A stretch of 64,000 nt of DNA from a virus (Duplodnaviria > Caudoviricetes), in the IMG/VR virus record IMGVR_UViG_3300031998_000009, positions 32,001 through 96,000 of that record, one strand, 5' to 3'. The stretch's first letter is position 1. Each line of letters starts with the position of its first letter. This document shows, piece after piece, positions 31,382-43,552 of the stretch. Under the pieces are notes generated by a model. That model did no database searches and had not been told where the DNA came from. It saw only the letters and a program-made list of their open reading frames with translations. The position numbers and the translations under genes were made by a program.

Positions 31382-31912
31382 TTATCTATTCTTACGATAT
31401 TTTCCTCTATTCATAGATTCAGCAAAATATTCACCGTCATCAATAGGAGTGGAATCATTAATGATGTCGTAAGCCCAATCATCCTGATTGTAAGCTCTGT
31501 CTATCCACTTTTGAGCAGGTTCAGCTTCTAACTCAGACACGTTTAAAAAGTAAATGTAGAGGTGTCTGCCGTCGTCGTCAGGATAAAAATAGAAAGTAAA
31601 TTCTGTTCCTCTTGGGATATACACATGACCATCTTCGGCAACCCAGAAATCCTCATTCTCGATTAGATCTGCAAGTAGATTATCCTGGATAAACCATTTG
31701 TATACCTCACTCTTAAGATCCAGATCGAAATCTTTATTTAACCTGTATGTCGTACTAAAATCTTTAGCATCTTTGGCATCAATACCGTTTCTTTGAATAC
31801 GAACAAGTTCATCCCAATCCACATAGGGTTTCTTCAAATTCTCTGTCAAACTACGACCACGGACTCTTCTTTGTTTACTTTCATTAGTATTAAGTCTTAA
31901 TCTCTTAATCAT
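31382..31912 (-). CDS. Leader-bearing paralog of 29459..29851
   Basis: MIKRLRLNTNESKQRRVRGRSLTE|NLKKP...STTYRL...LIENEDFWVAEDGHVYIPRGTEFTF...DDDGRHLYIYFLNVSEL; start 31912 chosen from RBS. Confidence 0.85.
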   Translation of the reverse strand: MIKRLRLNTNESKQRRVRGRSLTENLKKPYVDWDELVRIQRNGIDAKDAKDFSTTYRLNKDFDLDLKSEVYKWFIQDNLLADLIENEDFWVAEDGHVYIPRGTEFTFYFYPDDDGRHLYIYFLNVSELEAEPAQKWIDRAYNQDDWAYDIINDSTPIDDGEYFAESMNRGKYRKNR

Positions 31913-32049
31913 AAATAAAACATCCTTTCTAATAATCATAATCATAATCAAAATAATATGGTTTAACCTTATAATTAAGGTTTTACATTATTTAATGTAA
32001 ATTACTGTTTTTTGATATTTTATTTTGTTTATTTTATAAAACTTTATTT

Positions 32050-32316
32050 TTATTTTACATGAACAGACATTGTAACACTATCATCTTCAAAATCAATTAA
32101 CATTACATATTCTGCTCCATATTCATAATAAAGATCTCCGGTTAGTTTTCTTAATTCTCCAATAGTGATATCTTCATAAAGAAGATCAAATTTAGCTCCC
32201 GGTCTTGTAGAATTATAAAGGTATACGTTTATATAAACATCAGAATAATTTATGGAACAGAAATCCATAATTTTGATTTTCTTTGTCTGGATACCTTCAT
32301 TTAACCTGTTTACCAT
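32050..32316 (-). CDS. Leader-bearing small protein (MVNRLNE|G)
   Basis: ORF and leader motif. Confidence 0.75.
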   Translation of the reverse strand: MVNRLNEGIQTKKIKIMDFCSINYSDVYINVYLYNSTRPGAKFDLLYEDITIGELRKLTGDLYYEYGAEYVMLIDFEDDSVTMSVHVK

Positions 32317-32372
32317 AATAAATCACAATCCTTTCACATTCTTAATCATTGCTGAATGGGATTTCATTCTAT

Positions 32373-32466
32373 TTCAATCTAGGTTATATGTTAATAGGTA
32401 TGATACTTGAATAATACTAGATGTAAGGCTTGCATTTTTATTGTTTATTGTTATTGTATAAGATAT
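32373..32466 (-). pseudogene. Decayed third copy of the YTITITN anchor-domain gene
   Basis: Translates ISYTITINNKNASLTSSIIQV, matching MLYTISITNKNVSLTSSTIQV of the 33307..35184 N-terminus; start ATA, early stop. Confidence 0.75.
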
Positions 32467-32481
32467 AATATATCATCTTCA

Positions 32482-33234
32482 TTAATCCCATTTAGGTATT
32501 TCATTGTGCTGAATCAAAATGTTTCCTTCTGAATCTATATATTGATAAAAATAAAAGTAGTACACACCAAAACCCTGTGGACCTACATCTCGAATTTCAA
32601 AAGTATCTATAGAAAAATTTCCGAACATATTATTGATGTAGGAACCGGAAACAATAAGACTATTAGTTTGAACAAGTGTATCTTTAAGAATGTATTTTTT
32701 AGCTGGAGTTTCTTTGGGCTCTACAACTATAAGAATATTATAAGGATCGTCACTAATAGCCTGTACGAGTTGACTTTTTGTTATGGATGTTATATATTTC
32801 TGGGAGTCTACGTCCCACGAAATATCTATTATAAAAGGAGTTGTTCCGCTAGGTTCGGCTTTATTCCAAGCACCATCAACAACTGTAAGAACTTTACCGT
32901 TATCGTCACTATTTACTTCTGGAAGTCCAGCATCAGAAGGACCTGTTTCTACAGTTACAGAAACATTATCTAGATTCATATTAAGATAGTACATGGTTTC
33001 ATCAGTATTATCTGTTTTAATCATAAGACTGGTTCCAGCTTCCAGTTTTACATATTGTACTCTTTTATAAAGTGGCACATATACAAATGTATCTGAATTA
33101 GTTACATCAGATGTATATTCCTCGATAGGAACATTTGGTTCTGTTATAAGTGAAGGAGATATTGTTTCTAGGTTTACTACTTTTGGTTCTACATAGCTAA
33201 CAGAAGTATTTGTAATAGTTATCGTATATCCCAT
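32482..33234 (-). CDS. Putative virion accessory protein: shared N-terminal anchor domain plus variable C-terminus
   Basis: First ~95 aa paralogous to 33307..35184; LPEVNSDDNGKVLTVVDGAW fibre-type linker. Confidence 0.7.
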   Translation of the reverse strand: MGYTITITNTSVSYVEPKVVNLETISPSLITEPNVPIEEYTSDVTNSDTFVYVPLYKRVQYVKLEAGTSLMIKTDNTDETMYYLNMNLDNVSVTVETGPSDAGLPEVNSDDNGKVLTVVDGAWNKAEPSGTTPFIIDISWDVDSQKYITSITKSQLVQAISDDPYNILIVVEPKETPAKKYILKDTLVQTNSLIVSGSYINNMFGNFSIDTFEIRDVGPQGFGVYYFYFYQYIDSEGNILIQHNEIPKWD

Positions 33235-33306
33235 TACACATCATCCTTTCTTCATAAAATAGTTGTTCTAGTATCTAAACCTGAACTACTATTAACAATT
33301 CTTATA

Positions 33307-35184
33307 TTAGTATCCGACATATGTATAGGTATTACTATCTGGATAATTTGTTGCTGATTTATACATTTCCAAAGAATCTGATGGAACATAAATAATACAA
33401 GTTGTAGGAAGATTATAAAATACATTCGAATTACTGACGGTTGGAGGTGTTTCTGATTCAAATCGAATATATCCAAGACTATAACAGTTATAAAATGCAC
33501 TTCCTCCAATATCGGTCACATCATATGGAATTGTGATGTTTGTTAAAGCATAACAACCATAAAATGCCCAATCTCCAATACTTGTAACGCTTTCTGGAAT
33601 TGTGATACTTGTTAAAGCATGACAACCTTGAAATGCAGAATCTCCAATATCTGAAACATAATCTGGAACTGTAATGCTTGTTAAAGCAAAACAAGAATCA
33701 AATGCACCAGAATAAATATATAAAACACTATCTGGAATTGTAATACTTGTTAAAGCCGTGCAGTAGGAAAATGCAGTATTACTAATATATGTAATACCAT
33801 ATGAAATTGTAATATTTGCTAATGAAGTACAATAATAAAATGCTTTGCTTCCAATACTTGTAACACTATATGGAATTGTAATACTTTTTAATGAATTACA
33901 ATTATCAAATGCTTCATCTTCAATATCTGTAATAGTATCTGAAAGTATGACACTTGCTAAATTGTTACAATAATTAAATGCATTCATTTCAATACTTGTA
34001 ATCCCAGATGGAATTGTGATACTTTTTAACGAGGTGCATGACTGAAATGCATACATATCAATGCTTGTATCAACTCCATTTGAAATCATAATTTCAGATA
34101 AAGTATAATGACGTGCAAAAGCTTCGTCACCAATCGATATATTTCCACAAATAAAAATTTTCTTCAGTGTCAATGCATACACATCAACATTATTAGCAGC
34201 CAATGATACAATGATACCTGACGATATTTTTGCATTTCCGCTCACACTAAACGAAATCACATAATTTCCGGGAGTGCTATAAGTATGTGATTGATATACA
34301 GGTGTGTCAACATCAGTACCAACCATTGTATCATGCGTTGAACCGTCACCCCAGTCAACATCAACACTACCATCAATTCCCAATTTTAAATTAGGAGAAA
34401 GTGCGCCATCTGAAAGTGTTATAAACAGTTTTGTCGCACCATCTGTCGTACTATAAGTTGCACCAATATTTAAAAAACCATATTCATCAACATATGCTTT
34501 TGCATCATCCAAGTAATGATTGTATTCATTAAATGTTAAATATTCATGTGATGGTGGTGTTGGATAACTTTCAAGTCGTAAAAATTGTTGTGCTGTGTAA
34601 GATGCAATAACAGAACCATCATAGTCATATAAAATAACATCCTGACCATTACTACTAGGTTCTGGTCCTATATTACCTGCAACATCGGCAATATTTTCAA
34701 TAGCGTCAGAAACAGTAGTAGCATCTCCTTCACCTTGATACATTACAGAAATAGCATTTAGAACATCTACTGTAGAAGTAAGATCAGCAACTGCAGAACT
34801 ATCTCCACCTAATGCTACATATAGATCTTTTAATGAATCTACAACTGGGTCATCTGTTGATTCTCCTGTAATTGGATCTGGATTACATAAAACAATGCTC
34901 CCGGTAAGATTCATATTTCTATAGTATACTGCCTCATCTGGACATTCTGTTGTTATTGTTAAAACTGTTCCTGGTTCAAGAATAACAAACTGATTTCTTT
35001 TATACAGAGGGACATAAATATTCCTATCTTCGTTGGTGTTATCCTTTGTGTATTCTTCAATAGGAGTATTAGGTTTCGTCAATAGTGAAGGTGATATTGT
35101 TCCTAGATCTAATACTTGAATAGTACTAGATGTTAGACTTACATTTTTATTAGTTATTGAAATAGTGTATAACATGAATAACAC
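33307..35184 (-). CDS. BspA-type leucine-rich-repeat protein with anchor and PKD-like domains
   Basis: About ten 23-aa LTSITIPxxVTSIGxxAFxxC repeats; VDWGDG..H.Y..PG.Y PKD motif. Confidence 0.85.
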   Translation of the reverse strand: MLFMLYTISITNKNVSLTSSTIQVLDLGTISPSLLTKPNTPIEEYTKDNTNEDRNIYVPLYKRNQFVILEPGTVLTITTECPDEAVYYRNMNLTGSIVLCNPDPITGESTDDPVVDSLKDLYVALGGDSSAVADLTSTVDVLNAISVMYQGEGDATTVSDAIENIADVAGNIGPEPSSNGQDVILYDYDGSVIASYTAQQFLRLESYPTPPSHEYLTFNEYNHYLDDAKAYVDEYGFLNIGATYSTTDGATKLFITLSDGALSPNLKLGIDGSVDVDWGDGSTHDTMVGTDVDTPVYQSHTYSTPGNYVISFSVSGNAKISSGIIVSLAANNVDVYALTLKKIFICGNISIGDEAFARHYTLSEIMISNGVDTSIDMYAFQSCTSLKSITIPSGITSIEMNAFNYCNNLASVILSDTITDIEDEAFDNCNSLKSITIPYSVTSIGSKAFYYCTSLANITISYGITYISNTAFSYCTALTSITIPDSVLYIYSGAFDSCFALTSITVPDYVSDIGDSAFQGCHALTSITIPESVTSIGDWAFYGCYALTNITIPYDVTDIGGSAFYNCYSLGYIRFESETPPTVSNSNVFYNLPTTCIIYVPSDSLEMYKSATNYPDSNTYTYVGY

Positions 35185-35204
35185 TTCCTTATTTATAGAT
35201 TAGA

Positions 35205-35468
35205 TTATCTAAGGTTAGACAAAGCTACATTAAGGAAGAAATTCTTTATCTCGTCATCAGATTCGTCACTATTAGCAACTACTCCTAGAGTATAGTTACC
35301 AGCTTGATTAGAAGAGATAACTTCAAAATTCATAAATGTTTTACCATCTAGAACTCTCTTAATATTATCAATATCTCTTTTATTGAAGAAACCTAATTCA
35401 TCAAACCAAATTTCTCTACCTGTTTTAGATTCCATGTTTGATTCTGAAAGTCTTAATTTTCTTACCAT
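35205..35468 (-). CDS. Leader-bearing small protein (MVRKLRLSE|S)
   Basis: ORF and leader motif. Confidence 0.75.
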   Translation of the reverse strand: MVRKLRLSESNMESKTGREIWFDELGFFNKRDIDNIKRVLDGKTFMNFEVISSNQAGNYTLGVVANSDESDDEIKNFFLNVALSNLR

Positions 35469-35519
35469 AAATAATCAGACTCCTTTTAATTATATTTAAA
35501 GTATTTATATATAATAAAA

Positions 35520-35545
35520 TTAGTGCGTTTTATCAACGCACTAAA
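35520..35545. terminator. Intergenic hairpin
   Basis: ttagtgcgtt-N5-aacgcactaa. Confidence 0.6.
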
Positions 35546-35902
35546 AATATTGTTATTTATTTCTTACTTTTTCTATGTAAGTGTTTGTTTTTTTTTGTAT
35601 GCTTGCATACCACAAGGGTTACATAGTTTTTATATTTTGGCTAGATATGTGAGTAACTCTCCCTAAAGCGTATGCCAGGCCTTGGTTAATTCCATCTTCA
35701 AATTCAGTTTTTGGATTCTCAATACGACATCTTTCTAATTCCTGAATAAGAACGGTTCTACTTATTGTATCACCATCTGGAACACCTACATATTTTACAT
35801 TTGGTAAATCATTTGACGTATCCATATATAATAACTCCTTATGTAAAATTACTTATTATTAAATTTGTGAATAATTACTAGTATTTAGATTTTTCGAACG
35901 GT

Positions 35903-36520
35903 TTAGTATTCATCAATAACCAGTTCAGATCCGTCATCAGGAGTTAGGACATATTCAGCATCTTCGTATGCTTCTTCTGCTGTTGAGAAATAAGGTTCCG
36001 TAGGTTCAAAATCATCACTACAATACCATGTCCATCCTAATACTTCATCGGTTTCTTCATCATAATATTCTTTAACAGTAAATTCTCCGAAGGTATCTTG
36101 ATAAAATTCTCCATCTGGTTCTACATAACCAAAAGTATGAGTACCTTCATAAGATTCTTTAATATTTCTTTTTCTAGTTCTTGATTCGTTGGTTACATTA
36201 GACCCTCTATCAATAAGGTTATCGGAAAAATATTGTGGAAATTGACGAATAATATATTTTCTAAAATCAGGATCTACTTGATTTATTGAACAAACAGAAC
36301 CTGCTGAAACTCTGATCGGACCACCTTTTGTCTGTCTCTCATAGTAACCAACAAAGATTTCTTCATCAGACAGTCTTTCAAGAAGAAGGGCATCTTCAAC
36401 ATACTTTAAAAACTTGAAACCATTATTGAACAACCACCGTCTGTATTCGTAAACATCTTGAAATTGTGTAGGTTTCCTTGGTAGAAATACATTTTTGGAC
36501 TCATTTAACCTCTTTACCAT
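35903..36520 (-). CDS. Leader-bearing two-domain protein (MVKRLNE|S; internal VTNESRTRKRNIKE|S)
   Basis: ORF, leader and internal basic linker. Confidence 0.8.
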   Translation of the reverse strand: MVKRLNESKNVFLPRKPTQFQDVYEYRRWLFNNGFKFLKYVEDALLLERLSDEEIFVGYYERQTKGGPIRVSAGSVCSINQVDPDFRKYIIRQFPQYFSDNLIDRGSNVTNESRTRKRNIKESYEGTHTFGYVEPDGEFYQDTFGEFTVKEYYDEETDEVLGWTWYCSDDFEPTEPYFSTAEEAYEDAEYVLTPDDGSELVIDEY

Positions 36521-36646
36521 AATAAAAACTTCCTTTCATTTTAGTTCGTATTATCAAATCATTAGATCAGGTCATCCTCTTTCGATCTATATACATATAG
36601 TTGCTACCCATTTATTTTATTTTTAAAATTTACTATTTTTTTACAT

Positions 36647-39600
36647 TCAATCTGTTACCTTAATATAATTCCAGGTATTCCAATCTGCTTGTTTGGCAGC
36701 GTACCAATTGGTTTCACACCTTTTAAGATTCTCCTTTGCAAGGTTCATATTATATTCAGCTCTCATTAATTGCAATTTAAGGGCACGGTACATTGAAAGT
36801 TCATAACTATCACTTTCGATAATATGTTTAATTTTAGAACATATTTCATCACGTTTTTCTTCCCAGGTTTCTGTGATATCGTCACTTAAATAATTATTAT
36901 CGATTGTAAAATCAAGTTTTAGATATTCATCATAAAGTTCTTTTTCTTTACGAGTCATTTCAAATTTATGACTAGAAATAATTGATTTATCCATGTTATC
37001 TTCCTTTCACACTGGTTCGGAACATTGCTTTTCATAATTTTCAAATTCTTCTTCTATTTCTTCTTCTGATCTAGCATAACAAGGTATGTAACTTTCCAAA
37101 AACCGATCCCAAGGATTTACATGATTATTTATTGTATCGACGGCATCATTAAATGCTTGATCGGTTGTCATATACTTACAACCTTCAAAACAATTTACAT
37201 ATTCTTTAACGAATTCTTTCTCGGTTAGATTTATTTTAATGGGTGAACAACTAACAGTCGAAAATAGCATCAAAAGATTATTAGGTTGTCTTATAGCAAT
37301 AAGAGCCATTTAATCACTTCCTTTCATCATACTTAGTTGTCTTCCTTCGATACCGGAAAATAACCTTCTAATCTATATTTAGGTTCATTCTCTACAACTG
37401 TGTATCCTAAACCGTTACATTTTGGACATTTATATATTCTACCATCTGCAACAATTTTCAATATATCAGATAATGTTGCTTTGTCACCATAATCGTTTAT
37501 CAATCTTATCACATCACAGGTTTTTAGCATAGTTTCAATTTTCCTTTACTAGTTATTCTTTTATAAAACCACTTTTTGATTAGTGATTTTCATTTGTTTC
37601 ATTCTAATACGATATTAATCCTTATAAATGCGGCTTGTGAAGCTGTAAACAGCCGTTTGCATATTCATTCTCAACTTGATCAGAATTTGCAACAACGAGT
37701 CCTCGGTTAAACCTCTCACCTTCATGATGGAAGTTGTCGATAAAGTAGAGATACAGCTTACTCGGAATAGTTTCTCCATTCTTAAGTATTGCCTCACAAT
37801 CATATATCCCCTCTTCATGGGGAAAGGGATCTATCCAACAGAGATCAAAGCCATTCATATCCGCAAGAATTCCGTGAAGATATACGAATGGTGTGATATT
37901 GGTTGTGACAATAACCCCGATTTTGTCAGTATCATCAGCTTGAGACAACCCATAAACTTTTATTATGTCAGCCATGATTTCCTCCTTATCATCATATCCA
38001 TGTGAATGTCTCATCATCATTTAACATGGATATCGATCTCACAATACAAGCTGACGTGACGAAGATTGCACACACGATTAGCAACGCAAAAGTCAAAGTA
38101 ATTACGTCGGATTCTGTCAAATGATGTGTCTCTTCATACCAACACGCCCAATACCACAAAAGCGGATGGACGATGAGTGATATAATAATCGTGATTATTA
38201 GTGGAATTAAACCGCTTCTAATCCGTAGATTATGACATCCAATGTATTCTTCACCTTCACAACCACAACCATCACATCGATACTGCACATAATGTCTATT
38301 CCACTTGATACTGTTAAGTATCATCCGTGTATGTACGATTGTCCCGATACGATGCATTTCGAATTGACATTCTGGACACAGATGAACTTGTGTGTCATCT
38401 GTTTCCATATATGTGATCCCATGTTTTGTCACTTTCATGACAATCCCTCCATCAAAACAATATTAGAATCATATTTTACTTCTTCTCGACCGTCATAGAT
38501 CTATAGAAGTTCACCCATGCTTTTCTATATTCAATCTCATCTTTTGTAATATCAGAATCTTTCATGTTAAATAATCCAGTTGGATAAAATGCCCCTGCAT
38601 CAGGTAACCCTTCTTCAGTAAGTTTGGCTGCCCATATGATTGATGCTACTGTCATTAACTCTCCATATCCGATTTTATCCCCTAAATCTTGTACTTCTTT
38701 CCAATGTCTGTTAATCATGATAGGTCATCCTCCTTATTTCTTTATAATCCGGTTTGACTTGTTATAAATTCAATTGGTTCACCTGTTTTTGTATTAGTTC
38801 CTTTACCAACTACATGAACCGTATAATCGTATCCATATTCTTCATCATATTCTTCGTAAACCTCAAACCAAATATCGCCATCAAAATCTTTAATTAAAGC
38901 AGTTGTCCAAGGTCTTTCTGTATGATAATTGAAAGATGGATTATATTGTAACACTTCTGAAAGAAGAAATACACCAACAAGACCAGCATCTGCACAAAAC
39001 TGTCCAATAGAATTTTTTGTAATTATATCAAATACAGTACATGACCAATCACCATATATAGTGTCACGCTCAATGAAATTTTTGATAGCATTTTTACCCT
39101 TATATTCATCGTCCAAAAAGTCAGGCCAATCATTATCTTTTGCAATATAACAAGGATCAGTAATAATGATATCCCCTGTAAAATGTTTCGGATCCGAGTC
39201 TAGATAGTTATTATAACTATCCATTTTTGTTATTACGAGTTCTTCGTAAGGAAGTTTTTCGAGAAATTTCATTGTACTATTAAACAATTCTTTATTCTTA
39301 AATTTGTCAGGAATATAAGGCACGAGTAAACGAACAGAATAGGATCCAAGATTCAACTCATGATGAAATCTTTCAATAAAAAGTTGTAACTCCTCCTCTG
39401 TGTAACCTTCCATAGAAAGAAGAGTATCCTCTATCTGTTTAGTTAGAATTTTAATTTTTTCTTGACGTTCTTTTTCTTTCTTCTCTACCCATTCTTTTTT
39501 CATATGTCAAGTCCTCCTTATCCTGAACATAGATCTACCGTTGGTATATTATTATCAAATACCGTCGGTTTATATGCCGATCCAAGAATGAACTTCCCAA

Positions 39601-42600
39601 TCGGAATATCCATAATCTCGTCGAGATTTAGGTCATTGTCTACATTAATATTTCTTGTCACTTTCATATCAAACGGATTGTCAATTCGGGTGGCGTGAAT
39701 ATCAATGGTTATCTGAAAACCTTTCATCATTCTTCCTCCTCATCATCATAGTAATGGGCTCCAAAATTTTCCTCCGAATATTCTGGAAATTTCCATCCAA
39801 ATTTGCCATACACATCACCATCTTCATCAGGATACCTAATGAAATCAGACATGGATTTCTCATACTCTATCTCTTTGGGTCCGTCTGTCGAATATCGGAT
39901 TACGGTGTATTTGTATTTCTTGTTATATAATAAAGCTGGACAGTTTTCTTTGACCCAGCTTTTTGGAGCAATGATACACCAGTTTGCCGACATATCAATG
40001 TTACCGGAGAGAACGACTAGTTTATTTTTCTTACACCACTTATCATTAGAAAATGCGCGATCGCTTACCCATGAAATGAATGGTTCATCCAGTGGATAAT
40101 CTCTTCCAGAAAACCAGTTGTTCAATTCGAAGTGTACTAATTCGATGTCACTCATCATTTTTCCTCCTTAATTAGACATAGCCTCTTTCAGTTTTTTGTT
40201 TGCTTCTTCACGAACTCGACGTCGTTGTTCAGCAAACCATTCGTCTTCAGAAACTTCGACGATATATTCTGGTAGTTTTAATCCATCGTCTCTGAAATTC
40301 TGAGGCGATATACTGATCAAACCTTTTCTTGGCATTCCATCAGATCCCATTATTTTAGCCGGAACACACCTTTCATCAAATGTGCATCCATTAATCATCA
40401 TCCAATGCTCTTGTGGAACATCAGTGATAATGAACCAATCCGTATGGTTTCCTGTCTTACGAAAATATCTTCCAATGTAAGGTCGGAACAATTCCTGTAC
40501 CAGTTTATAAAGGTTTATATTTATATCACTAATCTGACGCTGTAAATTTTCAATATCATTTTGCAACTTATTTTTTGACTCAATGAAATCCTGAATATTC
40601 TTAAACTCCTCATGTTTCATAATAAACCTCCTTAATTTTTATAAATAACCGTTGTTTGTTTATTTCGGATTATTTATCCTCATCGTCATAGCAATAGTAT
40701 TCTTCGTCAGGATCTTCTTCTACAGCTTTTCTACATCTTTCAGCAACCTCGAATGGTGATTTATCCCCATATAATCTTTTGTATGTTTCAGGATGGTTAT
40801 ATAAAATATATGCCGGGTCGTTTACACAGTTTTTATATCCTCTAGGACACATTGGAATATATGCCATATAACGGGAGTATTCTGGATAGTCTGCAAATTT
40901 TGGATTATCCCTACAGTTATCACACTCACTTCTATCTGATACACAGGTTTCACATTTTTTCTCGTTAGACATTGTCAGTACCTCCGTTCTTATTTATTGC
41001 TCTCATAACATCACAGATCTCGTCATCGTCAAAAGTATCTCCATATGGACAGGCATCACATCCGCACGGCTGATCGCTTACTGCATCACACAAGGTCTTT
41101 ATGTATCCTATTGCTTCGTCAAGTGTCATTCTCAACACCTCCTGTTCCATAATTTTTCAGCATCAGGATATGCATATCTGTATTCAGTATTTGCGCCGCA
41201 ATCATCGCATTTTACATAATACGGTGGGAAACCTCCGCTATCAGGATCATTTCGTGTCGGCATCCAACGCGGGTCAAAATCTTCTTGACATAATTCTGCT
41301 TTACCGCCACAAAACGGGCATGGTTTCAAACCGTTGTTAGAATCTCCTTTGTCATCAACATTAATGTCAGTCCTATCCATATGAGCGCCGCAGTCAGGAC
41401 AAAACGCAGTTAAAGTATCTTCTTCGCCGTTGTGTTCGTGACAACATTCTGAGCATTCCCATTTGTCCCATACGGGTGCACCGTTCGCATAGCTATCATA
41501 CTCTGTCGGGATCCACCGCCCGTGCCGCACATCCGGCTCGATTGTGGGCTGTATATCAACAATTCTCAATGCCATATCATAATTAAATTCAGATAGATCT
41601 TTTTTCAAAGCATTCACCTCAATCAATCTTATTTCTGCCATATTCATTACCTCACAATTCAGATTTTACACTATATTGGGCAATTATTGTTTTGGCTGCT
41701 TCGTATTCCTCACGACTTACAATGTATGGAACATACCCAAAACCACCTTCATTATTAATGTCGTTATATTCTTTCATTCTGCGTCGTGCTTCTTCCCTTG
41801 TTGGGATGTCTTTCTGTGCTTCAGCTTTTACTATTGTTTCATTAGCTGCTTTGATTTTCTTTTCGATTTCTTCTGCTTGCTTTAATGTTCTAATTTCTTC
41901 GGCTTCCGGATCGCTACCCTCTTCAAGAACAGTCTTAAGAAAAGCTTCAATCTCTGTTGCACGTTCATCTGTAAACGCAATCTGTTTAATACCCCAGATC
42001 TTTTTGATTCCAGGCTTTACATCAATAATACGCCAGAAGTTTACATCCCGACAACTGTCAAACTTCTTACTGTCGATATAGGCAGTAAGCATTGCACGTT
42101 TGATAATTTCACGTTCACCGGTATTACAAATGTCCCCATCAAGGTTGACGATCTTATCCTGCACGAACTCTGTATATTCTGCCTCCAATGTTACTGTCCT
42201 ACCATCTGTAAGTTTCCATTCGTAACGCTTCATAATATTTACCTCCATTATGAATCATATAACGACATTATTTACTATAATGTCCTACTTCACAATCCTT
42301 GAAGAAACGAAATAGCATTTTCAGAAATTCCAGGCATCACATATTCCTTTTTATAGTTCCTTGCCAGAATTTCAATATCTGGATCGTTATTCTCAGAATA
42401 GAGAACCTTTCTAATAACATATCTTTTTATTTTATACTCTTTAGCAAATTGCTCTGCTTCCTCTTTAGAAGTAAAACAGGTAGGTGTACCCAAAGAAGGA
42501 TTCACACTAATCATTTTCTGAACTTTAAGAAAATCACTGTAGGAGGACCATGTGAGACCCATAAAGTCATCAACTGTGCTATTAACATCCCAGGACAACA

Positions 42601-43239
42601 GGTAGAGTCTGGAGTTAGAAAAATCATTACTCAACACATATTTAATAGTATCACACATAGTCATATCCTCCTATTTAGTTTGTGTTCTTTTCAATATCCT
42701 TATACTTAAAAACTCGTGTTCCACAAGCTGGACAAAACTTTACAAAAATGTTTTCAATAAGCTCACGACTCCAATTTGCCCCACAATAGGGGCATTTTAC
42801 AAACTCAAAAGAAAACGATTCTTCCCAGATTCTTACATCTTTATTATCAGTGTTCTTCATAAGAATATCTCCTTTCTTAACCCAGCTCGACCCAGATTCC
42901 TTTTTTCTCCTCTTCACCGAAAATATCATTATTTCGACGAAGCATACCAGTATAGATAGTCTTCCAACCCATAAGGTTACATAGGTGTAAGAAATCAATT
43001 GTAATTGTGGTTTTACCGGTGTAGCAGAATTTCTTAACTCCAGAAGTGTTAAGAGTTATAAGAAACTGTTTTGTATCGTCCTCATTATAAGGTGGATCCG
43101 AAACTTCAAATTCTTCGGCACCCAGTCGAATGGATTCCTTATAATTTTTTACAGCGACATATTCACCTACATGGGATTTGATATACTTTCTGTCATCAAG
43201 TTTCCTATCCAGTTCTTCTAGATATTTAATATTTTTCAT
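36647..43239 (-). other. Long operon of about 17 short hypothetical genes downstream of P11
   Basis: Contiguous minus-strand ORFs with RBSs, including 38742..39503 (ITDPCY/DTIYGDW/CADAG motifs). Confidence 0.8.
41132..41647 (-). CDS. Fusion of HGRW...CPxCGA domain and Lar-like domain
   Basis: PTIEPDVRHGRW...FCPDCGAHM then LKPCPFCGG...C..CGA...WNRR. Confidence 0.75.
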   Translation of the reverse strand: MNMAEIRLIEVNALKKDLSEFNYDMALRIVDIQPTIEPDVRHGRWIPTEYDSYANGAPVWDKWECSECCHEHNGEEDTLTAFCPDCGAHMDRTDINVDDKGDSNNGLKPCPFCGGKAELCQEDFDPRWMPTRNDPDSGGFPPYYVKCDDCGANTEYRYAYPDAEKLWNRRC

Positions 43240-43291
43240 TGTATAACCCTCCTATAGTACATATTTTGTAACTGTTCCATTTACTATATAT

Positions 43292-43383
43292 AGTATAACA
43301 TATTTTAATGTAAATGTCAAGTGATTCCTAGAAAAAAGATGATAAAATATCTCACAATGTTTATAATAAAACATTGTGAGATT
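43292..43383 (-). promoter_or_regulatory. Promoter P11 plus stem-loop
   Basis: TTGACA-17-TATACT; hairpin atctcacaatgttt...aaacattgtgagat. Confidence 0.88.
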
Positions 43384-43552
43384 TTAGTTATTTTGTATAT
43401 GACCGGGAATCCTTATCGTAACATTTTTCTAGTCCTATATGTTGTTATTTGATCTTCTTATTTGGTCATCTAAAAACGAAATGATTATAACAACTATAAT
43501 CCATGTAGAACAGAAGTTCCACAACAAGGTGTCAGGAATTACTCCCAATTAT

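Noticed and set aside
33480-34100. 69-nt periodic repeats as a possible DGR template/variable pair or CRISPR array
   Set aside because: They are coding LRR units, differences are not limited to adenines, there are no unique spacers and no reverse transcriptase is in the window.
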